A stretch of DNA of 64,000 bases from positions 16,244,001 through 16,308,000 of the forward strand of contig OZ024741.1 in the NCBI GenBank assembly GCA_964016885.1, in the 5' to 3' direction. Positions 52,401 to 64,000 of the stretch are shown here, piece after piece. A model generated the notes under the pieces. The model was not told the origin of the DNA. It saw only the letters and a program-made list of their open reading frames with translations, and did no database searches. The stretch is from Eledone cirrhosa (Eukaryota). The stretch's first letter is position 1. The number at the start of each line of letters is the position of its first letter. Made by a program: the position numbers and the translations under genes.

Positions 52401-55400
52401 TGTGTGGTGGTGTTTGGGAGGGTGTGTAGTGGTGTGGTGGTGTTTTGGAGGGTGTATAGTGGTGTGGTGGTGTTTTGGAGGGTGTATAGTGGTGTGGTGG
52501 TGTTTGGGAGGGTGTGTAGTTGTGTGGTGGTGTTTGGGAGGGTGTGTAGTGGTGTGGTGGTGTTTGGGAGGGTGTGTAGTGGTGTGGTGGTGTTTTGGAG
52601 GGTGTATAGTGGTGTTTGGGAGGGTGTGTAGTAATGTGGTGTTGTTTTGGAGGGTGTATAGTGGTGTGGTGGTGTTTTGGAGGGTGTATAGTGGTGTGGT
52701 GGTGTTTGGGAGGGTGTGTAGTTGTGTGGTGGTGTTTGGGAGGGTGTGTAGTGGTGTCGTGGTGTTTGGGAGGGTGTGTAGTGGTGTGGTGGTGTTTCGG
52801 AGGGTGTGTAGTGGTGTCGTGGTGTTTTGGAGGGTGTATAATGGTGTGGTGGTGTTTTGGAGGGTGTATAGTGGTGTGGTGGTGTTTGGGAGGGTGTATA
52901 GTGGTGTGGTGGTGTTTTAGAGGGTGTATAGTGGTGTGGTGGTGTTTGGGAGGGTGTATAGTGGTATGGTGGTGTTTTGGAGGGTGTATAGTTGTGTGGT
53001 GGTGTTTGGGAGGGTGTATAGTGGTGTGATGGTGTTTTGGAGGGTGTATAGTGGTGTTTGGGAGGGTGTGTAGTTGTGTGGTGCTGTTTGGGAGGGTGTA
53101 TAGTGGTGTTTGGGAGGGTGTGTAGTTGTGTGGTGGTGTTTTGGAGGGTGTATAGTGGTGTGGTGGTGTTTTGGAGTGTGTATAGTCTTGTTTGGGAGTG
53201 TGTGTAGTAGTGTGGTGGTGTTTTGGAGCGTGTGTAGTGGTGTGGTGGTGTTTGGGAGGGTGTGTAGTAGTGTGGTGGTGTTTTGGAGGGTGTATAGTGG
53301 TGTGGTGGTGTTTTGGAGGGTGTTTAGTGTTGTTTGGGAGGGTGTGTAGTGGTGTAGTGGTGTTTCGGAGGGTGTATAGTCTTGTTTGGGAGTGTGTGTA
53401 GTAGTGTGGTGGTGTTTTGGAGGGTGTGTAGTGGTGTGGTGGTGTTTGGGAGGGTGTGTAGTAGTGTGGTGGTGTTTTGGAGGGTGTATAGTTGTGTGGT
53501 GGTGTTTTGGGAGGGTGTGTAGTGGTGTGGTGGTGTTTGGGAGGGTGTGTAGTAGTGTGGTGGTGTTTGGGAGGGTGTGTAGTGGTGTGGTGGTGTTTTG
53601 GAGGGTGTATAGTCGTGTGGTGGTGTTTGGGAGTGTGTGTAGTAGTCTGGTGGTGTTTGGGAGGGTGTGTAGTAGTGTGGTGGTGTTTTGGAGGGTGTGT
53701 AGTGGTGTGGTGGTGTTTGGGAGGGTGTGTAGTAGTGTGGTGGTGTTTGGGAGGGTGTGTAGTGGTGTGGTGGTGTTTGGGAGGGTGTGTAGTAGTGTGG
53801 TGGTGTTTGGGAGGGTGTGTAGTGGTGTGGTGGTGTTTTGGAGGGTGTGTAGTGGTGTGGTGGTGTTTGGGAGGGTGTGTAGTAGTGTGGTGGTGTTTGG
53901 GAGGGTGTGTAGTGGTGTGGTGGTGTTTTGGAGGGTGTATAGTCGTGTGGTGGTGTTTGGGAGGGTGTGTAGTAGTCTGGTGGTGTTTGGGAGGGTGTAT
54001 AGTAGTGTGGTGGTGTTTTGGAGGGTGTATAGTGGTGTGGTGGTGTTTTGGAGGGTGTATAGTGGTGTGGTGGTGTTTTGGAGGGTGTATAGTGGTGTGG
54101 TGGTGTTTTGGAGGGTGTATAGTGGTGTGGTGGTGTTTTGGAGGGTGTATAGTGGTGTGGTGGTGTTTTGGAGGGTGTATAATGGTGTGGTGGTGTTTTG
54201 GAAAGTGTGTAGCGGTGTGGTGGTGTTTTGGAGGGTGTATGGTGGTGTGGTGGTGTTTTGGAGTGTGTATAGTGGTGTGGTGGTGTTTTGGAGGGTGTCT
54301 GGTGGTGTTTTGGAGGGTGTGTAGTGGTGTGGTGGTGTTTGGGAGGGTGTGTAGTAGTGTGGTGGTGTTTGGGAGGGTGTGTAGTGGTGTGGTGGTGTTT
54401 TGGAGGGTGTGTAGTGGTGTAGTGGTGTTTGGGAGGGTATGTAGTAGTGTGGTGGTGTTTTGGAGTGTGTATAGTGGTGTGGTGGTGTTTTGGAGGGTGT
54501 CTGGTGGTGTTTTGGAGGGTGTGTAGTGGTGTGGTGGTGTTTGGGAGGGTGTGTAGTAGTGTGGTGGTGTTTGGGAGGGTGTGTAGTGGTGTGGTGGTGT
54601 TTTGGAGGGTGTGTAGTGGTGTGGTGGTGTTTGGGAGGGTGTGTAGTAGTGTGGTGGTGTTTGGGAGGGTGTGTAGTGGTGTGGTGGTGTTTTCGAGGGT
54701 GTATAGTCGTGTGGTGGTGTTTGGGAGGGTGTGTAGTAGTCTGGTGGTGTTTGGGAGGGTGTGTAGTAGTGTGGTGGTGTTTTGGGGGGTGTATAGTGGT
54801 GTGGTGGTGTTTTGGAGGGTGTATAGTTGTGTTTGGGAGGGTGTGTAGTGGTGTGGTGGTGTTTTGGAGGGTGTATAGTGGTGTGGTGGTGTTTTAGAGG
54901 GTGTATAGTGGTGTGGTGGTGTTTTGGAGGGTGTACAGTGGTGTGCTGGTGTTTTCGAGGGTGTATAGTTGTGTTTGGGAGGGTGTGTAGTGGTGTGGTG
55001 GTGTTTTCGAGGGTGTATAGTGGTGTTTGGGAGGGTGTGTAGTGGTGTGGTGGTGTTTTGGAGGGTGTACAGTGGTGTGGTGGTGTTTTGGAGGGTGTAT
55101 AGTGGTGTGGTGGTGTTTTGGAGGGTGTACAGTGGTGTGGTGGTGTTTGGGAGGGTGTATTGTGGTGTGGGGGTGTTTTGGAGGGTGTACAGTGGTGTGG
55201 TGGTGTTTTGGAGGGTGTATAGTGGTGTGGTGGTGTTTTGGAGGGTGTATAGTGGTGTGGTGGTGTTTTGGAGGGTGTATAGTGGTGTGGTGGTGTTTTG
55301 GAGGGTGTATAGTGGTGTGGTGGTGTTTTGGAGGGTGTATAGTGGTGTGGTGGTGTTTTGGAGGGTGTATAGTGGTGTGGTGGTGTTTTGGAGGGTGTAT

Positions 55401-58400
55401 AGTGGTGTGGTGGTGTTTTGGAATGTGTGTAGCGGTGTGGTGGTGTTTTGGAGGGTGTATGGTGGTGTGGTGGTGTTTTGGAGTGTGTATAGTGGTGTGG
55501 TGGTGTTTTGGAGTGTGTATAGTCGTGTGGTGGTGTTTGGGAGTGTGTGTAGTAGTCTGGTGGTGTTTGGGAGGGTGTATAGTGGTGTGGTGGTGTTTTG
55601 GAGTGTGTGTAGTGGTGTGGTGGTGTTTTGGAGGGTGTATGGTGGTGTGGTGGTGTTTTGGAGTGTGTATAGTGGTGTGGTGGTGTTTTGGAGGGTGTAT
55701 AGTGGTGTGATGGTGTTTGGGAGGGTGTATAGTGGTGTGGTGGTGTTTTGGAGGGTGTATAGTGGTGTGGTGGTGTTTGGGAGTGTGTATAGGGGTGTTT
55801 GGGAGGGTATGTAGTGGTGTGGTGGTGTTTTGGAGGGTGTATAGGGGTGCGGTTGTGTTTTGGAGGGTGTCTGGTGGTGTTTGGGAGGGTGTATAGTGGT
55901 GTGATGGTGTTTGGTAGTGTGTGTAGTGGTGTGGTGGTGTTTGGGAGGGTGTATAATGGTGTGGTGGTGTTTGGGAGGGTGTATAGTGGTGTTTGGGAGG
56001 GTGTGTTGTGGTGTGGTGGTGTTTTGGAGGGTGTATAATGGTGTTTGGGAGGGTGTGTTGTGGTGGTGTTTTGGAGGGTGTGTAGTGGTGTGGTGGTGTT
56101 TGGGAGGGTGTATAGTGGTGTGGTGGTGTTTTGGAGGGTGTATAGTGGTGTTTGGGAGGGTGTGTAGTGGTGTGGTGGTGTTTTGGAAGGTGTATAGTGG
56201 TGTTTGGGAGGGTGTGTAGTAGTGTGGTGGTGTTTTGGAGGGTGTATAGTGGTGTTTGGGAGGGTGTGTAGTGGTGTTTGGGAGGGTGTGTAGTGGTGTG
56301 GTGGTGTTTGGGAGGGTGTATAGTGGTGTGTGGTGGTGTTTTGGAGGGTGTATAGTGGTCTTTGGGAGGGTGTGTAGTGGTGTGGTGGTGTTTCGGAGGG
56401 TGTATAGTGGTGTTCGGGAGTGTGTGTAGTGGTGTGGTGGTGTTTTGGAGGGTGTATAGTGGTGTTTGGGAGTGTGTGTAGTGGTGTGGTGATGTTTGGG
56501 AGGGTTTATAGTGGTGTGGTGGTATTTTGGAGGGTGTATAGTGGTGTTTGGGAGGGTGTGTAATGGTGTGGTGGTGTTTTGGAGGGTGTATAGTGGTGTT
56601 TGGGAGTGTGTGTAGTGGTGTGGTGGTGTTTGGAAGGGTGTATAGTGGTGTTTGGGAGGGTGTGTAGTGGTGTGGTGGTGTTTTGGAGGGTGTATAGTGG
56701 TGTTTGGGAGGGTGTGTAATGGTGTGGTGGTGTTTTGGAGGGTGTATAGTGGTGTTTGGGAGTGTGTGTAGTGGTGTGGTGGTGTTTGGGAGGGTGTATA
56801 GTGGTGTTTGGGAGTGTGTGTAGTGGTGTGGTGGTGTTTGGGAGGGTGTGTAGTGGTGTGGTGGTGTTGTGGAGGGTGTATAGTGGTGTTTGGGAGTGTG
56901 TGTAGTGGTGTGGTGGTGTTTGGAAGGGTGTATAGTGGTGTTTGGGAGGGTGTGTAGTGGTGTGGTGGTGTTTTGGAGGGTGTATAGTTGTGTGGTGGTG
57001 TTTGGGAGGGTGTATAGTGGTGTGGTGGTGTTTTGGAGGGTGTATAGTGGTGTTTGGGAGTGTGTGTAGTTGTGTGGTGCTGTTTGGGAGGGTGTATAGT
57101 GGTGTTTGGGAGGGTGTGTAGTTGTGTGGTGGTGTTTTGGAGGGTGTATAGTGGTGTGGTGGTGTTTTGGAGGGTGTATAGTCTTGTTTGGGAGTGTGTG
57201 TAGTAGTGTGGTGGTGTTTCGGAGGGTGTATAGTCTTGTTTGGGAGTGTGTGTAGTAGTGTGGTGGTGTTTTGGAGGGTGTGTAGTGGTGTGGTGTTGTT
57301 TGGGTGGGTGTGTAGTAGTGTGGTGGTGTTTTGGAGGGTGTATAGTGGTGTGGTGGTGTTTTGGAGGGTGTATAGTGTTGTTTGGGAGGGTGTGTAGTGG
57401 TGTAGTGGTGTTTCGGAGGGTGTATAGTCTTGTTTGGGAGTGTGTGTAGTAGTGTGGTGGTGTTTTGGAGGGTGTGTAGTGGTGTGGTGGTGTTTGGGAG
57501 GGTGTGTAGTAGTGTGGTGGTGTTTTGGAGGGTGTATAGTTGTGTGGTGGTGTTTGGGAGGGTGTGTAGTGGTGTGGTGGTGTTTGGGAGGGTGTGTAGT
57601 AGTGTGGTGGTGTTTGGGAGGGTGTGTAGTGGTGTGGTGGTGTTTTGGAGGGTATATAGTCGTGTGGTGGTGTTTGGGAGGGTATGTAGTGGTGTGGTGG
57701 TGTTTGGAGGGTGTATAGGGGTGTGGTTGTTTTTTGGAGGGTGTCTGGTGGTGTTTGGGAGGGTGTATAGTGGTGTGATGGTGTTTGGTAGTGTGTGTAG
57801 TGGTGTGGTGGTGTTTGGGAGGGTGTATAGTGGTGTGGTGGTGTTTTGAAGGGTGTATAGTGGTGTGGTGGTTTTTGGGAGTGTGTGTAGTGGTGTGGTT
57901 GTGTTTTGGAGGGTGTCTGGTGGTGTTTGGGAGAGTGTATAGTGGTGTGATGGTGTTTGATAGTGTGTGTAGTGGTGTGGTGGTGTTTGGGAATGTGTAT
58001 AGGGGTGTTTGGGAGGGTATGTAGTGGTGTGGGGGTGTTTTGGAGGGTGTGTTGTGGTGTGTTGGTGTTTTGGAGGGTGTATAATGGTGTTTGGGAGGGT
58101 GTATAATGGTGTGGTGGTGTTTGGGAGGGTGTATAGTGGTGTTTGGGAGGGAGTGTTGTGGTGTGGTGGTGTTTTGGAGGGTGTATAATGGTGTTTGGGA
58201 GGGTGTGTTGTGGTGGTGTTTTGGAGGGTGTGTAGTGGTGTGGTGGTGTTTGGGAGGGTGTATAGTGGTGTGGTGGTGTTTTGGAGGGTGTATAGTGGTG
58301 TTTGGGAGGGTGTGTAGTGGTGTGGTGGTGTTTTGGAAGGTGTATAGTGGTGTTTGGGAGGGTGTGTAGTAGTGTGGTGGTGTTTTGGAGGGTGTATAGT

Positions 58401-61400
58401 GGTGTTTGGGAGGGTGTGTAGTGGTGTTTGGGAGGGTGTGTAGTGGTGTGGTGGTGTTTGGGAGGGTGTATAGTGGTGTGTGGTGGTGTTTTGGAGGGTG
58501 TATAGTGGTCTTTGGGAGGGTGTGTAGTGGTGTGGTGGTGTTTCGGAGGGTGTATAGTGGTGTTCGGGAGTGTGTGTAGTGGTGTGGTGGTGTTTTGGAG
58601 GGTGTATAGTGGTGTTTGGGAGTGTGTGTAGTGGTGTGGTGGTGTTTGGGAGGGTTTATAGTGGTGTGGTGGTATTTTGGAGGGTGTATAGTGGTGTTTG
58701 GGAGGGTGTGTAATGGTGTGGTGGTGTTTTGGGGGGTGTATAGTGGTGTTTGGGAGTGTGTGTAGTGGTGTGGTGGTGTTTGGAAGGGTGTATAGTGGTG
58801 TTTGGGAGGGTGTGTAGTGGTGTGGTGGTGTTTTGGAGGGTGTATAGTGGTGTTTGGGAGGGTGTGTAATGGTGTGGTGGTGTTTTGGAGGGTGTATAGT
58901 GGTGTTTGGGAGTGTGTGTAGTGGTGTGGTGGTGTTTGGGAGGGTGTATAGTGGTGTTTGGGAGTGTGTGTAGTGGTGTGGTGGTGTTTGGGAGGGTGTG
59001 TAGTGGTGTGGTGGTGTTGTGGAGGGTGTATAGTGGTGTTTGGGAGTGTGTGTAGTGGTGTGGTGGTGTTTGGAAGGGTGTATAGTGGTGTTTGGGAGGG
59101 TGTGTAGTGGTGTGGTGGTGTTTTGGAGGGTGTATAGTTGTGTGGTGGTGTTTGGGAGGGTGTATAGTGGTGTGGTGGTGTTTTGGAGGGTGTATAGTGG
59201 TGTTTGGGAGGGTGTGTAGTTGTGTGGTGTTGTTTGTGAGGGTGTATAGTGGTGTTTTGGAGGGTGTGTAGTTGTGTGGTGGTGTTTTGGAGGGTGTATA
59301 GTGGTGTGGTGGTGTTTTGGAGGGTGTATAGTCTTGTTTGGGAGTGTGTGTAGTAGTGTGGTGGTGTTTTGGAGGGTGTGTAGTGGTGTGGTGGTGTTTG
59401 GGAGGGTGTGTAGTAGTGTGGTGGTGTTTTGGAGGGTGTATAGTGGTGTGGTGGTGTTTTGGAGGGTGTATAGTGTTGTTTGGGAGGGTGTGTAGTGGTG
59501 TGGTGGTGTTTCGGAGGGTGTATAGTCTTGTTTGGGAGTGTGTGTAGTAGTGTGGTGGTGTTTTGGAGGGTGTGTAGTGGTGTGGTGGTGTTTGGGTGGG
59601 TGTGTAGTAGTGTGGTGGTGTTTTGGAGGGTGTATAGTGGTGTGGTGGTGTTTTGGAGGGTGTATAGTGTTGTTTGGGAGGGTGTGTAGTGGTGTAGTGG
59701 TGTTTCGGAGGGTGTATAGTCTTGTTTGGGAGTGTGTGTAGTAGTGTGGTGGTGTTTTGGAGGGTGTGTAGTAGTGTGGTGGTGTTTGGGAGGGTGTGTA
59801 GTAGTGTGGTGGTGTTTTGGAGGGTGTATAGTTGTGTGGTGGTGTTTGGGAGGGTGTGTAGTGGTGTGGTGGTGTTTGGGAGGGTGTGTAGTAGTGTGGT
59901 GGTGTTTGGGAGGGTGTGTAGTGGTGTGGTGGTGTTTTGGAGGGTGTATAGTCGTGTGGTGGTGTTTGGGAGTGTGTGTAGTAGTCTGGTGGTGTTTGGG
60001 AGGGTGTGTAGTAGTGTGGTGGTGTTTTGGAGGGTGTGTAGTGGTGTGGTGGTGTTTGGGAGGGTGTGTAGTAGTGTGGTGGTGTTTGGGAGGGTGTGTA
60101 GTGGTGTGGTGGTGTTTGGGAGGGTGTGTAGTAGTGTGGTGGTGTTTGGGAGGGTGTGTAGTGGTGTGGTGGTGTTTTGGAGGGTGTGTAGTGGTGTGGT
60201 GGTGTTTGGGAGGGTGTGTAGTAGTGTGGTGGTGTTTGGGAGGGTGTGTAGTGGTGTGGTGGTGTTTTGGAGGGTGTATAGTCGTGTGGTGGTGTTTGGG
60301 AGGGTGTGTAGTAGTCTGGTGGTGTTTGGGAGGGTGTGTAGTAGTGTGGTGGTGTTTTGGAGGGTGTATAGTGGTGTGGTGGTGTTTTGGAGGGTGTATA
60401 GTTGTGTTTGGGAGGGTGTGTAGTGGTGTGGTGGTGTTTTGGAGGGTGTATAGTGGTGTGGTGGTGTTTTGGAGGGTGTATAGTGGTGTGGTGGTGTTTT
60501 GGAGGGTGTACAGTGGTGTGCTGGTGTTTTCGAGGGTGTATAGTTGTGTTTGGGAGGGTGTGTAGTGGTGTGGTGGTGTTTTCGAGGGTGTATAGTGGTG
60601 TTTGGGAGGGTGTGTAGTGGTGTGGTGGTGTTTTGGAGGGTGTACAGTGGTGTGGTGGTGTTTTGGAGGGTGTATAGTGGTGTGGTGGTGTTTTGGAGGG
60701 TGTACAGTGGTGTGGTGGTGTTTGGGAGGGTGTATTGTGGTGTGGGGGTGTTTTGGAGGGTGTACAGTGGTGTGGTGGTGTTTTGGAGGGTGTATAGTGG
60801 TGTGGTGGTGTTTTGGAGGGTGTATAGTGGTGTGGTGGTGTTTTGGAGGGTGTATAGTGGTGTGGTGGTGTTTTGGAGGGTGTATAGTGGTGTGGTGGTG
60901 TTTTCGAGGGTGTATAGTGGTGTGGTGGTGTTTTGGAGGGTGTATAGTGGTGTGGTGGTGTTTTGGAGGGTGTATAGTGGTGTGGTGGTGTTTTGGAATG
61001 TGTGTAGCGGTGTGGTGGTGTTTTGGAGGGTGTATGGTGGTGTGGTGGTGTTTTGGAGTGTGTATAGTGGTGTGGTGGTGTTTTGGAGGGTGTCTGGTGG
61101 TGTTTTGGAGGCTGTATAGTGGTGTGGTGGTGTTTTGGAGTGTGTATAGTCGTGTGATGGTGTTTGGGAGTGTGTGTAGTAGTCTGGTGGTGTTTGGGAG
61201 GGTGTATAGTGGTGTGGTGGTGTTTAGGAGTGTGTGTAGTGGTGTGGTGGTGTTTTGGAGGGTGTATGGTGGTGTGGTGGTGTTTTGGAGTGTGTATAGT
61301 GGTGTGGTGGTGTTTTGGAGGGTGTCTGGTGGTGTTTGGGAGGGTGTATAGTGGTGTGGTGGTGTTTGGGAGGGTGTATAGTGGTGTGATGGTGTTTGGG

Positions 61401-64000
61401 AGGGTGTATAGTGGTGTGGTGGTGTTTTGGAGGGTGTATAGTGGTGTGGTGGTGTTTGGGAGTGTGTATAGGGGTGTTTGGGAGGGTATGTAGTGGTGTG
61501 GTGGTGTTTTGGAGGGTGTATAGGGGTGTGGTTGTGTTTTGGAGGGTGTCTGGTGGTGTTTGGAAGGGTGTATAGTGGTGTGATGGTGTTAGGTAGTGTG
61601 TGTAGTGGTGTGGTGGTGTTTGGGAGGGTGTATAGTGGTGTGGTGGTGTTTTGAAGGGTGTATAGTGGTGTGGTGGTTTTTGGGTGTGTGTGTAGTGGTG
61701 TGGTTGTGTTTTGGAGGGTGTCTGGTGGTGTTTGGGAGAGTGTATAGTGGTGTGATGGTGTTTGATAGTGTGTGTAGGGGTGTGGTGGTGTTTGGGAATG
61801 TGTATAGGGGTGTTTGGGAGGGTATGTAGTGGTGTGGGGGTGTTTTGGAGGGTGTGTTGTGGTGTGGTGGTGTTTTGGAGGGTGTATAATGGTGTTTGGG
61901 AGGGTGTGTTGTGGTGGTGTTTTGGAGGGTGTGTAGTGGTGTGGTGGTGTTTTGGAGGGTGTGTAGTAGTGTGGTGGTGTTTGGGAGGGTGTATAGTGGT
62001 GTGATGGTGTTTGGTAGTGTGTGTAGTTGTGTGGTGGTGTTTGGGAGGGTGTATAATGGTGTGGTGGTGTTTGGGAGGGTGTATAGTGGTGTTTGGGAGG
62101 GTGTGTTGTGGTGTGGTGGTGTTTTGGAGGGTGTATAATGGTGTTTGGGAGGGTGTGTTGTGGTGGTGTTTTGGAGGGTGTGTAGTGGTGTGGTGGTGTT
62201 TGGGAGGGTGTATAGTGGTGTGGTGGTGTTTTGGAGGGTGTATAGTGGTGTTTGGGAGGGTGTGTAGTGGTGTGGTGGTGTTTTGGAAGGTGTATAGTGG
62301 TGTTTGGGAGGGTGTGTAGTAGTGTGGTGGTGTTTTGGAGGGTGTATAGTGGTGTTTGGGAGGGTGTGTAGTGGTGTTTGGGAGGGTGTGTAGTGGTGTG
62401 GTGGTGTTTGGGAGGGTGTATAGTGGTGTGTGGTGTTTTGGAGGGTGTATAGTGGTCTTTGGGAGGGTGTGTAGTGGTGTGGTGGTGTTTCGGAGGGTGT
62501 ATAGTGGTGTTCGGGAGTGTGTGTAGTGGTGTGGTGGTGTTTTGGAGGGTGTATAGTGGTGTTTGGGAGTGTGTGTAGTGGTGTGGTGGTGTTTGGGAGG
62601 GTTTATAGTGGTGTGGTGGTATTTTGGAGGGTGTATAGTGGTGTTTGGGAGGGTGTGTAATGGTGTGGTGGTGTTTTGGAGGGTGTATAGTGGTGTTTGG
62701 GAGTGTGTGTAGTGGTGTGGTTGTGTTTGGAAGGGTGTATAGTGGTGTTTGGGAGGGTGTGTAGTGGTGTGGTGGTGTTTTGGAGGGTGTATAGTGGTGT
62801 TTGGGAGGGTGTGTAATGGTGGGGTGGTGTTTTGGAGGGTGTATAGTGGTGTTTAGGAGTGTGTGTAGTGGTGTGGTGGTGTTTGGGAGGGTGTATAGTG
62901 GTGTTTGGGAGTGTGTGTAGTGGTGTGGTGGTGTTTGGGAGGGTGTGTAGTGGTGTGGTGGTGTTGTGGAGGGTGTATAGTGGTGTTTGGGAGTGTGTGT
63001 AGTGGTGTGGTGGTATTTGGAAGGGTGTATAGTGGTGTTTGGGAGGGTGTGTAGTGGTGTGGTGGTGTTTGGGATGGTGTGTAGTGGTGTGGTGGTATTT
63101 TGGAGGGTGTATAGTGGTGTTTGGGAGGGTGTGTAATGGTGTGGTGGTGTTTTGGAGGGTGTATAGTGGTGTTTGGGAGTGTGTGTAGTGGTGTGGTGGT
63201 GTTTGGGAGGGTGTGTAGTGGTGTGGTGGTGTTGTGGAGGGTGTATAGTGGTGTTTGGGAGTGTGTGTAGTGGTGTGGTGGTGTTTTGGAGGGTGTATAG
63301 TGGTGTGGTGGTGTTTGGGAGGGTGTGTAGTGGTGTGGTGGTGTTTTGGAGGGTGTATAGTGGTGTTTGGGAGTGTGTGTAGTGGTGTGGTGGTGTTTGG
63401 AAGGGTTATAGTGGTGTGGTGGTGTTTGGGAGTGTGTGTAGTGGTGTGGTGGTGTTTGGAAGTGTGTATAGTGGTGTTTGGGAGGGTGTGTAGTGGTGTG
63501 GTGGTGTTTGGGACGGTTTATAGTGGTGTGGTGGTGTTTGGGAGGGTGTGTAGTGGTGTGGTGGTGTTTTGGAGGGTGTATAGTGGTGTCTGGGAGTGTG
63601 TGTAGTGGTGTGGTGGTGTTTGGAAGGGTTATAGTGGTGTGGTGGTGTTTGGGAGTGTGTGTAGTGGTGTGGTTGTGTTTGGAAGTGTGTATAGTGGTGT
63701 TTGGGAGTGTGTGTAGTGGTGTGGTGGTGTTTGGGTGGGTGTGTAGTGGTGTGGTGGTGTTTGGAAGTGTGTATAGTGGTGTTTGGGAGGGTGTGTAGTG
63801 GTGTGGTGGTGTTTGGGAGGGTGTGTAGTGGTGTGGTGGCGTTTTGGAGGGTTTATAGTGGTGTTTGGGAGTGTGTGTAGTGGTGTGGTGGTGTTTGGAA
63901 GGGTGTATAGTGGTGTTTGGGAGGGTGTGTAGTGGTGTGGTGGTGTTTGGGTGGGTGTGTAGTGGTGTGGTGGTGTTTGGAAGGGTGTATAGTGGTGTTT
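49450..64000. repeat. G/T-rich satellite of more than 14.5 kb; 30-bp unit TTTTGGAGGGTGTATAGTGGTGTGGTGGTG with a 22-bp deletion variant; continues past the window
   Basis: Directly visible. Multi-kb internal duplications are shown by shared rare variants. Confidence 0.97.

Noticed and set aside
46714-63798. Long YI/CV- and VVVW-rich ORFs
   Set aside because: Stop-poor frames of TA-rich and G/T-rich satellites.

Overview
Repeat-dense, AT/microsatellite-rich animal genomic DNA with no recognisable host gene. The tRNA-derived CORE-type and Nin-type SINEs suggest a mollusc, probably a cephalopod such as octopus (inference). Bases 1-40 kb are a nest of retroelements sorted by the microsatellite next to them. 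(i) Three head-to-tail Tx1/L1-clade LINEs, one full length (ORF1 plus APE-RT ORF2 with a single homopolymer frameshift), are joined through (GATA)n. (ii) A near-complete R4/Dong-like RLE retrotransposon is flanked on both sides by (TACA)n, inside a tandem cluster of RTE-clade 3' ends and internally deleted RTE derivatives with (ATGT)n tails. (iii) Many Penelope-like element (PLE) remnants end in (TA)n; they carry about a dozen hammerhead ribozyme motifs, including a U3-A8 compensatory core variant. Also present are CR1 and RTE fragments, SINEs with target-site duplications and a non-autonomous Helitron. Bases 40.5-64 kb are three abutting satellites: about 6.1 kb of AAC-based trinucleotide repeat, about 2.6 kb of TA-rich minisatellite and more than 14.6 kb of G/T-rich 30/22-bp satellite. 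Nearly all other ORFs in the track are artefacts of simple repeats.
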